From: Selaginella moellendorffii
Lineage: Eukaryota > Plantae > Lycopodiophyta
Assembly: GCF_000143415.4 (NCBI RefSeq)
Contig: NW_003314321.1
Span: forward strand, 816,236 to 880,235
Length of the DNA: 64,000 bases
Direction of reading: 5' to 3'
The notes beneath the pieces are model-generated. The model worked only from the letters and a program-made list of their open reading frames with translations. It did not search any database and was not told where the DNA came from. The position numbers and the translations under genes are program-made. Below, one piece after another: positions 12,301-25,752 of the stretch (positions are counted from its first letter, which is position 1; every line of letters starts with the position of its first letter).

Positions 12301-12420
12301 GGGTAGACAAAATCAATGAAAGCAGAGGTAAAAGCAAAGGAATGAAAAAGTACGAAAATGAGAGGAATGGATGAAATATAAGGAAGTATAAAATAAAAGG
12401 GAAAAACCTTAAAGTCACAT
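9187..12420 (-). mobile_element. Degenerate, 5'-truncated Ty3/gypsy element (RT-RNase H-integrase-PPT-3' LTR)
   Basis: Broken frames: RT (FTKLDLTSKYWQV, TPFGLYEFLVIPFGLNNA), RNase H (NYSMTEKEYLVAVWA, MANIDALSR), integrase HHCC/core and a GPY remnant. PPT (minus GAAAGGAGGGGATGA, about 9352-9366) abuts LTR 9187-9351. Confidence 0.9.
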
Positions 12421-13624
12421 TTGGTATGATTGTGTTATAACAAATTTATACTAAGGATGAGGTCAAAAGCTTAACTCGGCAACACCCGCAATGACTAATA
12501 CTTAAATTTGAGATCGCCCACATGCATAACTAAGTCCGCCTTATCCATCATTTGAGATAAAATCTTATATAACAAAAATAAATATTGGAGAAAATTAATA
12601 TTGCATTATACTATTTTCTATCTAAAAGTATATTTTGTTTGATCAGAAAAATATTTTAAGAATTTTTACTGTTTATATTTAATTTATTTCTATTATTGTT
12701 AAAATATTTTTTGTATTTTATTAGTTCTAGAAGGGGTGCTTGATATGCCAAAGGATCTTTACTATTAATTTCTTTTAAAAATAATTTAAAGTTAATTATT
12801 TTTATCCATATGTTTTATTTTTATTTCTTTTTATCTTAAAACTTTAATTGATATAAATGCTTGACTTTGACTATAGCCGGCGGCATTTGAATCAAAGTAA
12901 ACCATCCATGTATCACAACATACACCTTTTTTTTATAATCAACTAAAATAACTAATTTAAAAGGCCTAGTGTGTTGAAATTTAGGCAAAATAGTTATATG
13001 GAGTTCTTTCATTGCTTTAAGGAGCATTGATACTTGTCAAAGTTGCTCATAACCTTCATTTGATATCTTGTTCATAAAACAAGAGTGTATCAGACTCACA
13101 AATGAGAATTGATAAACTTTTTATCCAAGGAATCAAAAAACAAATGCATAAAGAGCTTATCATAGAAATCAGACTGTGTCACAAAGAATTGGGAATATAA
13201 CTGCTACACAGAAAAATATGAGATTGAAAGAATTACCTAGGGCATTAGCCCACACCTAGAGTGCAACAACATTCCTATACTCTTGGAGTTCAGAGACTCA
13301 GCCATGGAAGTTTAGTGTTTTGTGAAAAACTTTGTATGTGACAAGATAATCTGCAGGTTGTTTAATACCCTGAGACCAATACACTCGAAAGAGAAGAAAG
13401 TTACCTGGAACAGTATAATGCAAATGCGAGACCAGTGATTTGGAAAAACATAACAACCGCTCCAAACTGGCTTACCACTCCTCCTTGAAAGATTAAGTTG
13501 AGATTACCGTTAATTAAAATATTCTAGCATAGATATTCTAAGAATGTCATTAAAACCCCAGTTCGTTAAAATCAGAGTTTTCACAATCAAATGTGCGAGG
13601 GTTTCTATCCCTTCTATGATTTGC

Positions 13625-15421
<1,797 letters not shown>

Positions 15422-15439
15422 AGCTCTTTCTCCTCTGGA

Positions 15440-15730
15440 ACCCTAATCTCATAAACCCTAAAAAACTTATCCTTCCAAATTCGATGGCATTTGCGTAAAA
15501 GCTTACAATCCAGCGCTGCAAATACCACTGGGAAACATTCTCTACTCCAAAATGCCTAACGATGGAAAACGCTCACGCAGTTCTAGGGTTCTGGCACACA
15601 TGCAAAGAGGCCACGCTTTTTGATACTATGGTTTTCTCATAGCTTGCAAATGCCCAGCCATGGTAAATGTCGGCGTGTTGCCACGTCATGATGCCAGGCA
15701 ACGTGTCCAGCTTTGATCTAGGTCGTCGAT
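15440..15730. promoter_or_regulatory. Putative bidirectional promoter of RPT5 and 14-3-3 (telo-boxes, ACGT-core elements)
   Basis: AACCCTAA near 15439 and 15453; GCCACGTCA near 15680 and AACGTGTC near 15700, between divergent ATGs 644 bp apart. Confidence 0.35.
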
Positions 15731-16065
15731 GGGGGCGTGGCATTTATTTCTACATCACCGCCACAGTGTACGGCAGTTACGCCCATGTCAAAAAGCGTTT
15801 TCTACCGCGCCTAGATCCATATTTTTACTGCGCTCCGTTGCTCTGACCCTTGCGCTCTCGCTTCTTCCAGGTCTACTTCTTCTCCTCCCATCGCCATCGC
15901 CATCGCCATCGCCATCGCCGATCCAAGCAGCGCGCCGGTGATTCTTGGAGGAGCAAGCAAGGCGCTGCCTAGGGCGCCAGAGATCCATCCCTCTTCTTGC
16001 TCCCCTCCCTCTTCTTTCCCCCGATCCATCGATCGGCGCGCCAGGTAACCTAGGTTCTTGCCGAA

Positions 16066-17433
<1,368 letters not shown>

Positions 17434-17745
17434 TAGTTTGCAGCGATCAAAGCAGCCGCGGACTCTTGCCAACCGGTGTCACGCTCGCTCGCTTTCGAGA
17501 CAGAAGAAGAAGAAAAAAGAAGAAGAAGCTCCCCCCTAGCTCATTAGGTGTAGAAGAAGAACACCACTCTCGCTCTCTCTCATTTCTCTCATTCTCTCTC
17601 TCTCTCTCTCTCCTGTGTCTTTCATTTTCGCCTTCGTTATCGTCGAAGAAGATAAGAAATGGTATTTCACGAAAAAGAAAGATGACGGCGAGTGTGACGT
17701 GCCACGGCTGTTGCGCTTCTATTCGTGCCGCGTAGGAGATGATAG

Positions 17746-17774
17746 TTTAGGGTTTAGGGTTGATTTAGGGTTTA
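17746..17774. repeat. Short interstitial TTTAGGG (telo-box) cluster upstream of delta-tubulin
   Basis: tttagggtttagggttgatttagggttta. Confidence 0.6.
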
Positions 17775-17958
17775 TGGGCATCCCGCCATCGAATTCGAGC
17801 ACATCCATGGCGTGCATTAGCATTGAGATGCGTCCGAGATCACTGTCATCAAGCCCAAGCTGGAGTACTTGGGCATATCAACCAATGGAAATTCTTTATC
17901 AGGGCAAGAAGCGCATCTTCTTGGGGGAGAAACAGGAAACGATCGTGAAAGGGATGCA

Positions 17959-19541
17959 ATGAGCGTGGTGGTGCTGCAGCTTGGGCAGGGTGGAAACCAG
18001 TATGGGCTTGCGCTGTTCAATGCATTGGCCTCCTCGCGCGGATCACCCTTGCCCTGCGAGTTTTTCGAAGAGAGCGGGAGCAGAGGCGAGCTCCCTCGAG
18101 CAAGAGCGCTTCTCATCGACATGGAGCCCAAGGTGAGCAGCAGCATTGCCATCTTTCCTTTCTCTTGCCGGGTGATCTTGCTGAGCTTGGCGCTCGCAAA
18201 CAAATCTATACAGGTTGTGGCTGCGGTGACCAGAAAGGCGAATGGAGGTGGTGCTTGGAAGTATGACTCGCGCAGCTGCTTCACTCTCGACAGTGGATCT
18301 GGAAATAACTGGGCTGCGGGCTACTGCAGCAACGGAGTTACATGTCGCGAGCCAGTGTTGGAGCAAATTCGCCTCAAGGTGACGAACCAGATCATTCATT
18401 CTTCCAAGAACAAAAACAATCTTTTGCTTGTTGCGTGACCTGTAGGTTGAGAAATGCGATTGCTTTGGAGGTTTCCTCGGCATCCAGAGCTTGGCTGGTG
18501 GTACTGGAGCTGGTTTCGGTGAGTCTCTTCTTTATCACACAGATTTCCAAGCTTTGTTCCTTCGTTTGTACTTTTTTCCAGGAGCTTACGTTCTGGAAGC
18601 TCTCAAGGACGAGTATCCATCCGCTTGCATCTTCAGCCACAGCATCTGGCCCTTCCAGAGCGGCGAGGTCGTCGTCCAAAACTACAACGTCTTGCTCACG
18701 CTCGCCAAGCTCCACGAAGTCGTGGACGGCATCATCACGGTGGAGAACGACTCCCTCGTCGCGGCTTGCAAGAAAACTCTCGGAATCCCAAGCCCTTCGT
18801 TCGTGGAGATGAACAGCGCCGGAGCTCACGCTCTGGCCTCGCTGCTGCTACCTTCGTTTTGGAGGCCCATCCAAGCCTCGCAAGCTTCAACTTGCAACTC
18901 CTCCCAGCTCCGAGTGAGGCTCCTCTCCGACTTGGCCTACGCTCTGTGTGCTCATCCGGCGTACCGAATGCTCACAGTCTACTCCACACCACAGGTTCGT
19001 CCCTCAAGAGTTCTCGGAGAATTCTCGCACTCACATTGGTTTCCAATCTTCGCCCGACTTTGACACACAGGTCCGTGTGGAGTCCCTCGACTTTACAACT
19101 TTCGCGTGGCCATCGCAGCTCAAACAGCTGAAACGCATCGCGTATCCGGTGGAGCTGGAGCAAGTCCCCGGCGACACGAGGCTGGCCAAGTCGGTGCAAA
19201 AATCGGTGGCGAGTTTGCTGGCGCTCCGGGGCCCCGGTGCCGGGACAGCCGACGTGAGCGTGATGAGGGAGCCGAGCTTATACCCGAGCTGGTGCATCGA
19301 TCCTCTAAACGTCTGTGCCAACGACAAGGAGATGATCAAGGATGGAGGGCTTGCTGCTGGGATGATGAGCAATTGCCAGGGTGCCATTCTTCCGGCGTCC
19401 AAGGCCCTCACTCGAGCTTACGCCATGTTTTACTCCAAGGCCTACCTTCATCAGTATTTCAAGCATGGCCTGGACGCTTCCTTCTTTGAGGCTGCGTTTG
19501 CCACTGTGGAAGACGTTTGCCATAGCTATAGCATTCTCTAA
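17959..19541 (+). CDS. TUBD1: Delta-tubulin, multi-exon
   Basis: MSVVVLQLGQGGNQ, RALLIDMEPKV, SGSGNNWAAGY, tubulin signature SLAGGTGAGFG, GEVVVQNYNVLLTL, and delta-type C-terminus AYAMFYSKAYLHQYFKHGL...EDVCHSY with no acidic alpha/beta tail. Confidence 0.9.
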
Positions 19542-20109
19542 AGGAAGTATATAATTTTATCCTCGATAGAACTCACCACCTCCCTCTTCTAACATCACAG
19601 GATTGATCAGGCCGTGGGATTAAGTCTGGCGGGCAGTAACTCTATCCTTTGGATCCCAAGCTAGCTAGCATCAGGGCTCTTCTCGATCACGATTGAAAAA
19701 CTTAGTAGAGCCGCCCACTTCAAAAAGAATAAGCTCGGTGTTTGAAAATGGGATATTCCTTACTCGTGATCGGCTCTCTCGGAGCGGGGAGTGGAATGTC
19801 ATGCTTGCCAAATATGCCCAAAGAGGGTATTTGAAGAAAGAAAGGTTTTGTTTTTGTTTCTTGGAACTCAATCCTCACTCAAGAGTTCTGGACATCTTTT
19901 GGATTGGAAGAGCTATAGTTCTGTTTTGAGCGAGGCGCAATCCACAACCACGGAGGGCGCGAGTGCTCATGGGATTCTCTTGACCGAACTTGACAGAAGG
20001 ATCGAATCCAAAGCCTTGGTGGATCCATTTTGCCGGTCGTGGTGCTGTCCCTCCTAGTCTCGCACATTCTTTCCTCGAGGGGATCGCCTTAATATGGATC
20101 TCGGAGCTG

Positions 20110-20756
20110 GCAATCAAGAGTCTTCTTGCTGGCGATCCTCGCACTGCTCGTGCTGCCTGAAGCATATACAGTCCAGGAGCCCAAGCAAAAAGAGAAGATA
20201 GTTCGGGCCTTGGTCGTGGATTCCTGGGAGCTCTGGAGCTCGCAAAGAACGATGCATATGTGCTAGGGATTGATGCCGTGGCCACGGAACGATCGACGAT
20301 ACTGGAGCGAAACGGGGTGAAGATCATCTACGGAGGAGGTAGTGGCAGTCGTCAAGAGTGATCATAAGAAAGAACACCAATGGTGCAAGAGCTTGAACGA
20401 GAGGAGTTTTGGATCGATCGTTGCTGCTGCCAAGGAAGAAAGAGCGGTAAAAGCGATCTACTTTGTGAGCCCGAACAGATTCTATTTGCCGTCTCCAACG
20501 TCCGGTGAGCCATGGCGCCGCTCCTCAAGTTTCCCATCGTGGAGTAGAGAAGATTTCCCGTACTACAAGTTCGCTCCTCGCCACTATCGCCAAGCTCTCC
20601 AGAAAGCAGTTTCGCATCTTCTAGCTTGAGACGAGTAATCCTCCGCCATATGAAGTTGAGTACGGCAGCTGTTCGAGATGGAGACGTATGTACCTTTTGA
20701 GACTGGGATGGGGCCGTTTGTTCACTGGTACCTGCGGCGACTGAAGATGGCATAAA
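20110..20756 (+). pseudogene. Decayed UDP-glucuronate 4-epimerase (GAE)-like / NAD-dependent epimerase pseudogene
   Basis: Across frameshifts: hydrophobic anchor FLLAILALLVLP, then RALVV/GFLG...AYVLGIDA...TILERNGVKIIYG (cf. GAE VLGLDN...ALLERSGVFIVEG), KAIYFVSPNRFY, and terminal FETGMGPFVHWY (cf. LQTGLKKFVRWY). Many stops and deletions. Confidence 0.5.
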
Positions 20757-21645
20757 CAGGTTTGTGAGACCACCTCCATCGCTTCACCACAATCTTCTTT
20801 CTTGTGCAGCAGAATTCGGGCGGGATCTAGCTCTCGTTCTCTTCTCCTCCCCTCGATCTTCCATGCCTGCTCAAATGGAGAATGCAACTCACGGGTATCA
20901 GATCTCCTGCTCAAAAAAGGTACTGGGGCTTTCAGGGAAGAGAAGCGCTCTTTTTCCTGATCATGTCTTGGAAAGTCTCTACACAAGACTACCTTTAACA
21001 CGAGAATAAGAATTGAGAATTTCCTCTTTGCATCCTGTTGAGAAGAGGTCCGAGTGCTATGACTTTGTTGCTTGTTCCTGAGAGATTAGCTTCCATGAGT
21101 TTAAGAAAGAAACAAGAAAAGCCAAGAAAGGAGAGACTGGTTTACCTCAGCTGGTGAAGATGTGTATGCTTGTCAGGATTTGTCCATTTGCCTCAAGAAC
21201 TGTGTTTTACACTATCAGCCCCTCTAGTGTCATGATTTTGGTGCTCTAAACTCATTAGCTGGCAGTACTTTGCATTTGGTAAGAAACTTTTGTTCATTTT
21301 CTTTAATAATTCATTCATTATGCTTTGTTTGATTTGCAAATGTAATACCCTTAACACCATGGGAATGGTTGTGTAATTTCTTTCAGTTTTTTCACTTTTT
21401 TTATTTTATATTGAAAATAAAAATTTCATATGAACTCTATTATAGGACAATTGCATACTATAGTGGTAAAAAAACTGGTATTAAAAGATAAAAAATTTAA
21501 ATTTTTGTTTATGAAAATTATTTTTTCTAACAAAAAATTAATTTTTTGCAACTAGCTTTATTTTGAAAATAAATGTGAATGTTACAAAACTAGTTTAAAA
21601 AATAATTAAATGATTTTATTTGAAAATTATGAGGTATATACCACT

Positions 21646-21673
21646 TGTGAGTGCATGGAACTTAGCCCTCACA
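21646..21673. repeat. 28-bp internally deleted LTR remnant (both termini fused)
   Basis: tgtgagtgcatggaa (first 15 nt of the LTR) joined to cttagccctcaca (last 13 nt of the LTR, one mismatch). Confidence 0.75.
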
Positions 21674-23501
21674 CGCTATAAAATACAATTTCATCATAAA
21701 AAATTAACATTGTATTGAAACATAAGATTCATAAATAAATATTTACTATTTTACAATAATAAAATCTTTATTTTATTCTAAAGTAAAGAAAAAAAACATT
21801 TCCTTTATATTTCAAATACAAGTATTTATTAGCTTTATTTAATGATTGTTATTACTTTATAAATATGACTCTATATAAAGTAAATATATATACTTAGAAT
21901 TATTAGATAGAGAACTTCTTGAAAATTCTTAAACAAATGAATTGTCTCACAAATTTTCTTGTAAAATAAAAAAACTACATTTTATAAATAATATATTCAT
22001 AACCCTCATATAAGTCACTTATAGTATATATATATATATATATATTAATATAATTGATATTTTTTATCACTATATGATATCTCATAACATAGCTGTCATA
22101 TCAAAAAGTTTATCATTATTTGTATACACTAGTCCTAAATAAAAATTTTAACTTACTTTTAAGATTTCATAATTACTATTATACTATTATATATTATTCA
22201 TTTATATCAATATAATAAAATTACTAAAATTTTATCCCAATTTTTTTTTCATACAAAGCACCTTAATATTTATTAAGTGACATTGATATAATTTTTATTT
22301 ATTAACAGTAGTTTATAACTACATAGTGATTCAAAACATTGCAATATATTTTAATATTCATACAATATAATCAAATGCATTTATAAATTAATTAAGAATA
22401 ATTTTTTAAAAAATCATATAATTGAGTAAAGCATTTAGTTGAAAAAATAATAAAAACTTTTAGAGATATTTTATAATTTAATATTGAAACGTTTTTAGGT
22501 TAAATGTTATATATGTGAAAATCACTAATAAGTAACTATAAAAATTATTTTTGTACTTTTAAAATTATATATTGTAAGACTTATGAATCACTATATTGAT
22601 ACTGGTAGTTCATACTCAATATTTGGAAATTCAATAGAAGTAAAGATATAAATTTAATTAATATATATTTACAATTAAATAATATTATAATTATATTTAC
22701 AAAATGTTTTAGATTTTAAATATTTTTATAGCATAAATTGAGACAAAGTAAAAGAACATAAATGACTATATAGTCTTGTAAAATTATTTTTTATATAATT
22801 ATAAATAATAAATTTTAGAATGACTTCATTGATTATGTACTAAAATTTTAAAGCCTATTTGTCATTTAATTCCTAACTAATATATCTGTATAGAAATAAA
22901 TTTTATTCTTTAATAGAGTTTAGTTTTTAAAAGAAATACATTAAGTTAATTATTTGTAATTAGCTTTCTTAAATATATAAAAAACTAGAAGAGAAACTTA
23001 TTGAGAAAATGTAACATTATCCAAGATAAGCCATCTCCACTTAATAATATAATGTTTACAAATTATACTATAAATATAAAATACTCAGAATTAGTACAAA
23101 TATTTTATTAAATAAAAGTACTTTAAAATATAATGTATTTATTCTTTGGAAGAACAACAGTTTTATAATATGATTAGTATAGAAAATAGTTTTTTTTAAC
23201 AAAAGGACTTGGTTCATAGAAATATAAAATATCTATAAAAATAGCATTAGAATTAAATTGGGTTGTACTAAATTAATGATTATTAGAAACAAAGAGAATA
23301 CAAGAATAAAAAAATTTACAATATATATTTATTAAATGGATATTATTTATGTTCAATTCTCCAGAAAAACCAAATATAGTTTTCAGAAAAACAGTAGTTT
23401 TAAAGTACATTCAGTTAGATCAAATGTGAGAATTTCACCTAATCAATTTCATCAGATTTTCCCTTACAGTACTATGTACACCAAACTTGAATCGACAATG
23501 A

Positions 23502-25121
23502 CTATATCAAGCATTGCACGTACTGGTCGACCTGGACATTTTCATTGTATCCACACTTCCAAAACAGGTCCCTCAGCCTTCGGATGGCAACCACGAGACC
23601 AGCCCGCTTGCATTTGTCTATAACCTCCTCCTGAAACTCGGATTCCCGAGAAAAACACCTTGTCTTTCTGTCAGCCGCCTCAGTGGGGCTAACAGCTCGC
23701 CCCCAGTAACTCTTGCCTTGTAGCGCGAGAAACACCACCACGTAAAAAAGACACTCCAAGTCACTTGACAAGCAGCACTTCCCATTAAGAAGCGTCTGAA
23801 CTGCTGTGAAGGCAAGAGTGCCCACTGCTTTACCTGGCAAACCACCCGTGACCGCAGAGCCAAAGTCGACCAAGTAGGGATGAATGCCACCATGTCGATC
23901 AGTCCCATACACGATGTTACCGATCGAAACGTCTCTATGAACAACACCCTCGCGGGAGAAACGGCCCAGTGTCATAGCAACCCCTCTAGCCAGGCTCAGG
24001 ATTGCTTCATCTTGCATGTCCAGCGTTATCTGCTGACAGTATCTCGTTACCAAGTAGCAATCCCCGTTTTGTAGCTTGCCACTGTAAAGAATAGGCAGCA
24101 CACCGGCAACCTTCTTCTCAGTAAGCATGCCAAGAACGAAAAGCTCATCGTCCATACCCGGGCAGATCTTCACTGCAACGTCTGTCAAGCTCTGTCCCTG
24201 TACCAGATTTGCCTTATAAACAAGGCAACCTCGATCTGAAGGAGAGGCCTGCTTGAGAGCAACGGCTTTCATGTCCTGCAGATAACTCCCATCGGCCAAA
24301 GTTATGCGGCCGTGCATCTGTGGAGGAGGACTGAATCCATGCACACGCCCGTCGGCCAGCAGGATTCCGACAAGCAGTCTGAGGCCAAATCCCTCCTCGA
24401 GACCCCAAGGATATCGTTGTGTAAATGTAAACTGATTCTTCTCGTCGGCCATATCCAGCTTCTGAACCTGGATTTCCCGTCTACAGAGCAACACCGCATA
24501 CGCAAACTTCCTGCTCGATTGGGCCACCTTTATAGCATTTAGCCTTGCTGTGGTTTCTCCCAAACATTCCGTGTATACGTCGGCTAACTCGTCCTTGAGC
24601 TCCATAACAAAAGCCACCAGCGACCACGATAGAGCGGCCGTGTCCGCAGTGCGAAAAGAGTAGTCCGGTTTATCTGAAGAACCGGGAATATCAGACCTGC
24701 TCGTGTCCTGCGCTATGCAGCCCATCCGATAACTTGCATTTTCTACACGGCTTCCCTGCTCCAAGATGCGAATGATCCTGCCAATTGCCAGCTGAACTTC
24801 TATCTCGTGGCCTCGAATATATCTGTAACCCAGATCCTCCATGCGATACCTCTCGCATTTGGAGCCTTTATCATCCATCTCTTTGTCGCGAGTCCGAGCC
24901 TCTTCCAAAGCGAGATCGATCAGACTTTTCTGTCCAACTTGTTCAAGAAGATAAGTTATTGCTGCCCTCAGTTGCGGTGCGTCTGTAAACTGACTTGTGA
25001 TCTCCGAGGAGCATGAAAAGTTGTAGTCGTCGCTTTCTATTACTTGTCTACCGATGCCAACATACGACGTCGTAGTCTTCTGACGCTTGGCCAAAGCCTT
25101 TTCTGTGGCCGCCTTAACCAT
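23502..25121 (-). CDS. PD-(D/E)xK nuclease-fold + FunK1-like protein kinase, copy A (lacks the header exon)
   Basis: 539-aa open frame with KPDYSF...VMELK, DVAVK, VHRDVSIGNIVY, LVDFGSA, GTLAF and SSDLECLFY. Upstream sequence keeps only the intron 3' half and acceptor (to 25166). Confidence 0.75.
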   Translation of the reverse strand: MVKAATEKALAKRQKTTTSYVGIGRQVIESDDYNFSCSSEITSQFTDAPQLRAAITYLLEQVGQKSLIDLALEEARTRDKEMDDKGSKCERYRMEDLGYRYIRGHEIEVQLAIGRIIRILEQGSRVENASYRMGCIAQDTSRSDIPGSSDKPDYSFRTADTAALSWSLVAFVMELKDELADVYTECLGETTARLNAIKVAQSSRKFAYAVLLCRREIQVQKLDMADEKNQFTFTQRYPWGLEEGFGLRLLVGILLADGRVHGFSPPPQMHGRITLADGSYLQDMKAVALKQASPSDRGCLVYKANLVQGQSLTDVAVKICPGMDDELFVLGMLTEKKVAGVLPILYSGKLQNGDCYLVTRYCQQITLDMQDEAILSLARGVAMTLGRFSREGVVHRDVSIGNIVYGTDRHGGIHPYLVDFGSAVTGGLPGKAVGTLAFTAVQTLLNGKCCLSSDLECLFYVVVFLALQGKSYWGRAVSPTEAADRKTRCFSRESEFQEEVIDKCKRAGLVVAIRRLRDLFWKCGYNENVQVDQYVQCLI

Positions 25122-25752
25122 GCGCTGGATCTCTATAAAAGCACAGAGAGATGACTGAAAATATCATTTTCCAAAACCGATTTTTCACTGGACATAATAG
25201 CTACGTGATTAATTTTATCCGATATGGATATTGTTGACAAGAACATAGGTTATGCCATTCTCCAAACAGACTATGTCTCCAACCAGAAGATGTTTCCAGG
25301 AAAACAAACGAGCCTATATTGTTGGGCTGAACAACAACGTCATGTCTCAATTTTGTATGTGTTGGGATTGTTGGGTACAAACTCCATCCACTTGACCTGT
25401 AAACGTTCTGCAAAAAATACCTCCATCACATATCTAATTCTTCCCTCAATTCTCATGAAGGAAATTCATGAGAACTTCCAACACCAAATAGAAGTGGTTC
25501 CAAATGTTCGACACAATGCATGCTTTGATATACAAGTCCAGTAACAGGTCAGACCTTAGCAAGTGCCTTGGTCAAGTGTACAAGATGTATAGGATTGTAA
25601 TCAACATGTCTCTTGTATGAGATTTGCTCTCCTTAATAACAGAAGCCATTGTTAAGACCCAGGCAAAGACAACGAGTTTCTCCGATTCCAGGCCATCCAC
25701 TATTCTTGGGATATTTTATTGGGCCATATATATAGATAGTTTAGGGTTTTCC

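Noticed and set aside
12836-13380. Small gene between the gypsy relic and RPT5
   Set aside because: Only a 63-aa AT-rich ORF with no recognisable motif or supportable exon chain.
20200-20290. SAM-dependent methyltransferase motif (GLGRGFLG...VLGID)
   Set aside because: The flanking TM anchor, LERNGVKII and FVHWY terminus fit a GAE-type epimerase remnant better.
21300-23200. Organellar insertion or hidden gene in the extremely AT-rich tract
   Set aside because: No ORFs or recognisable organellar genes; consistent with old eroded repeat DNA plus a (TA)n run near 22025.
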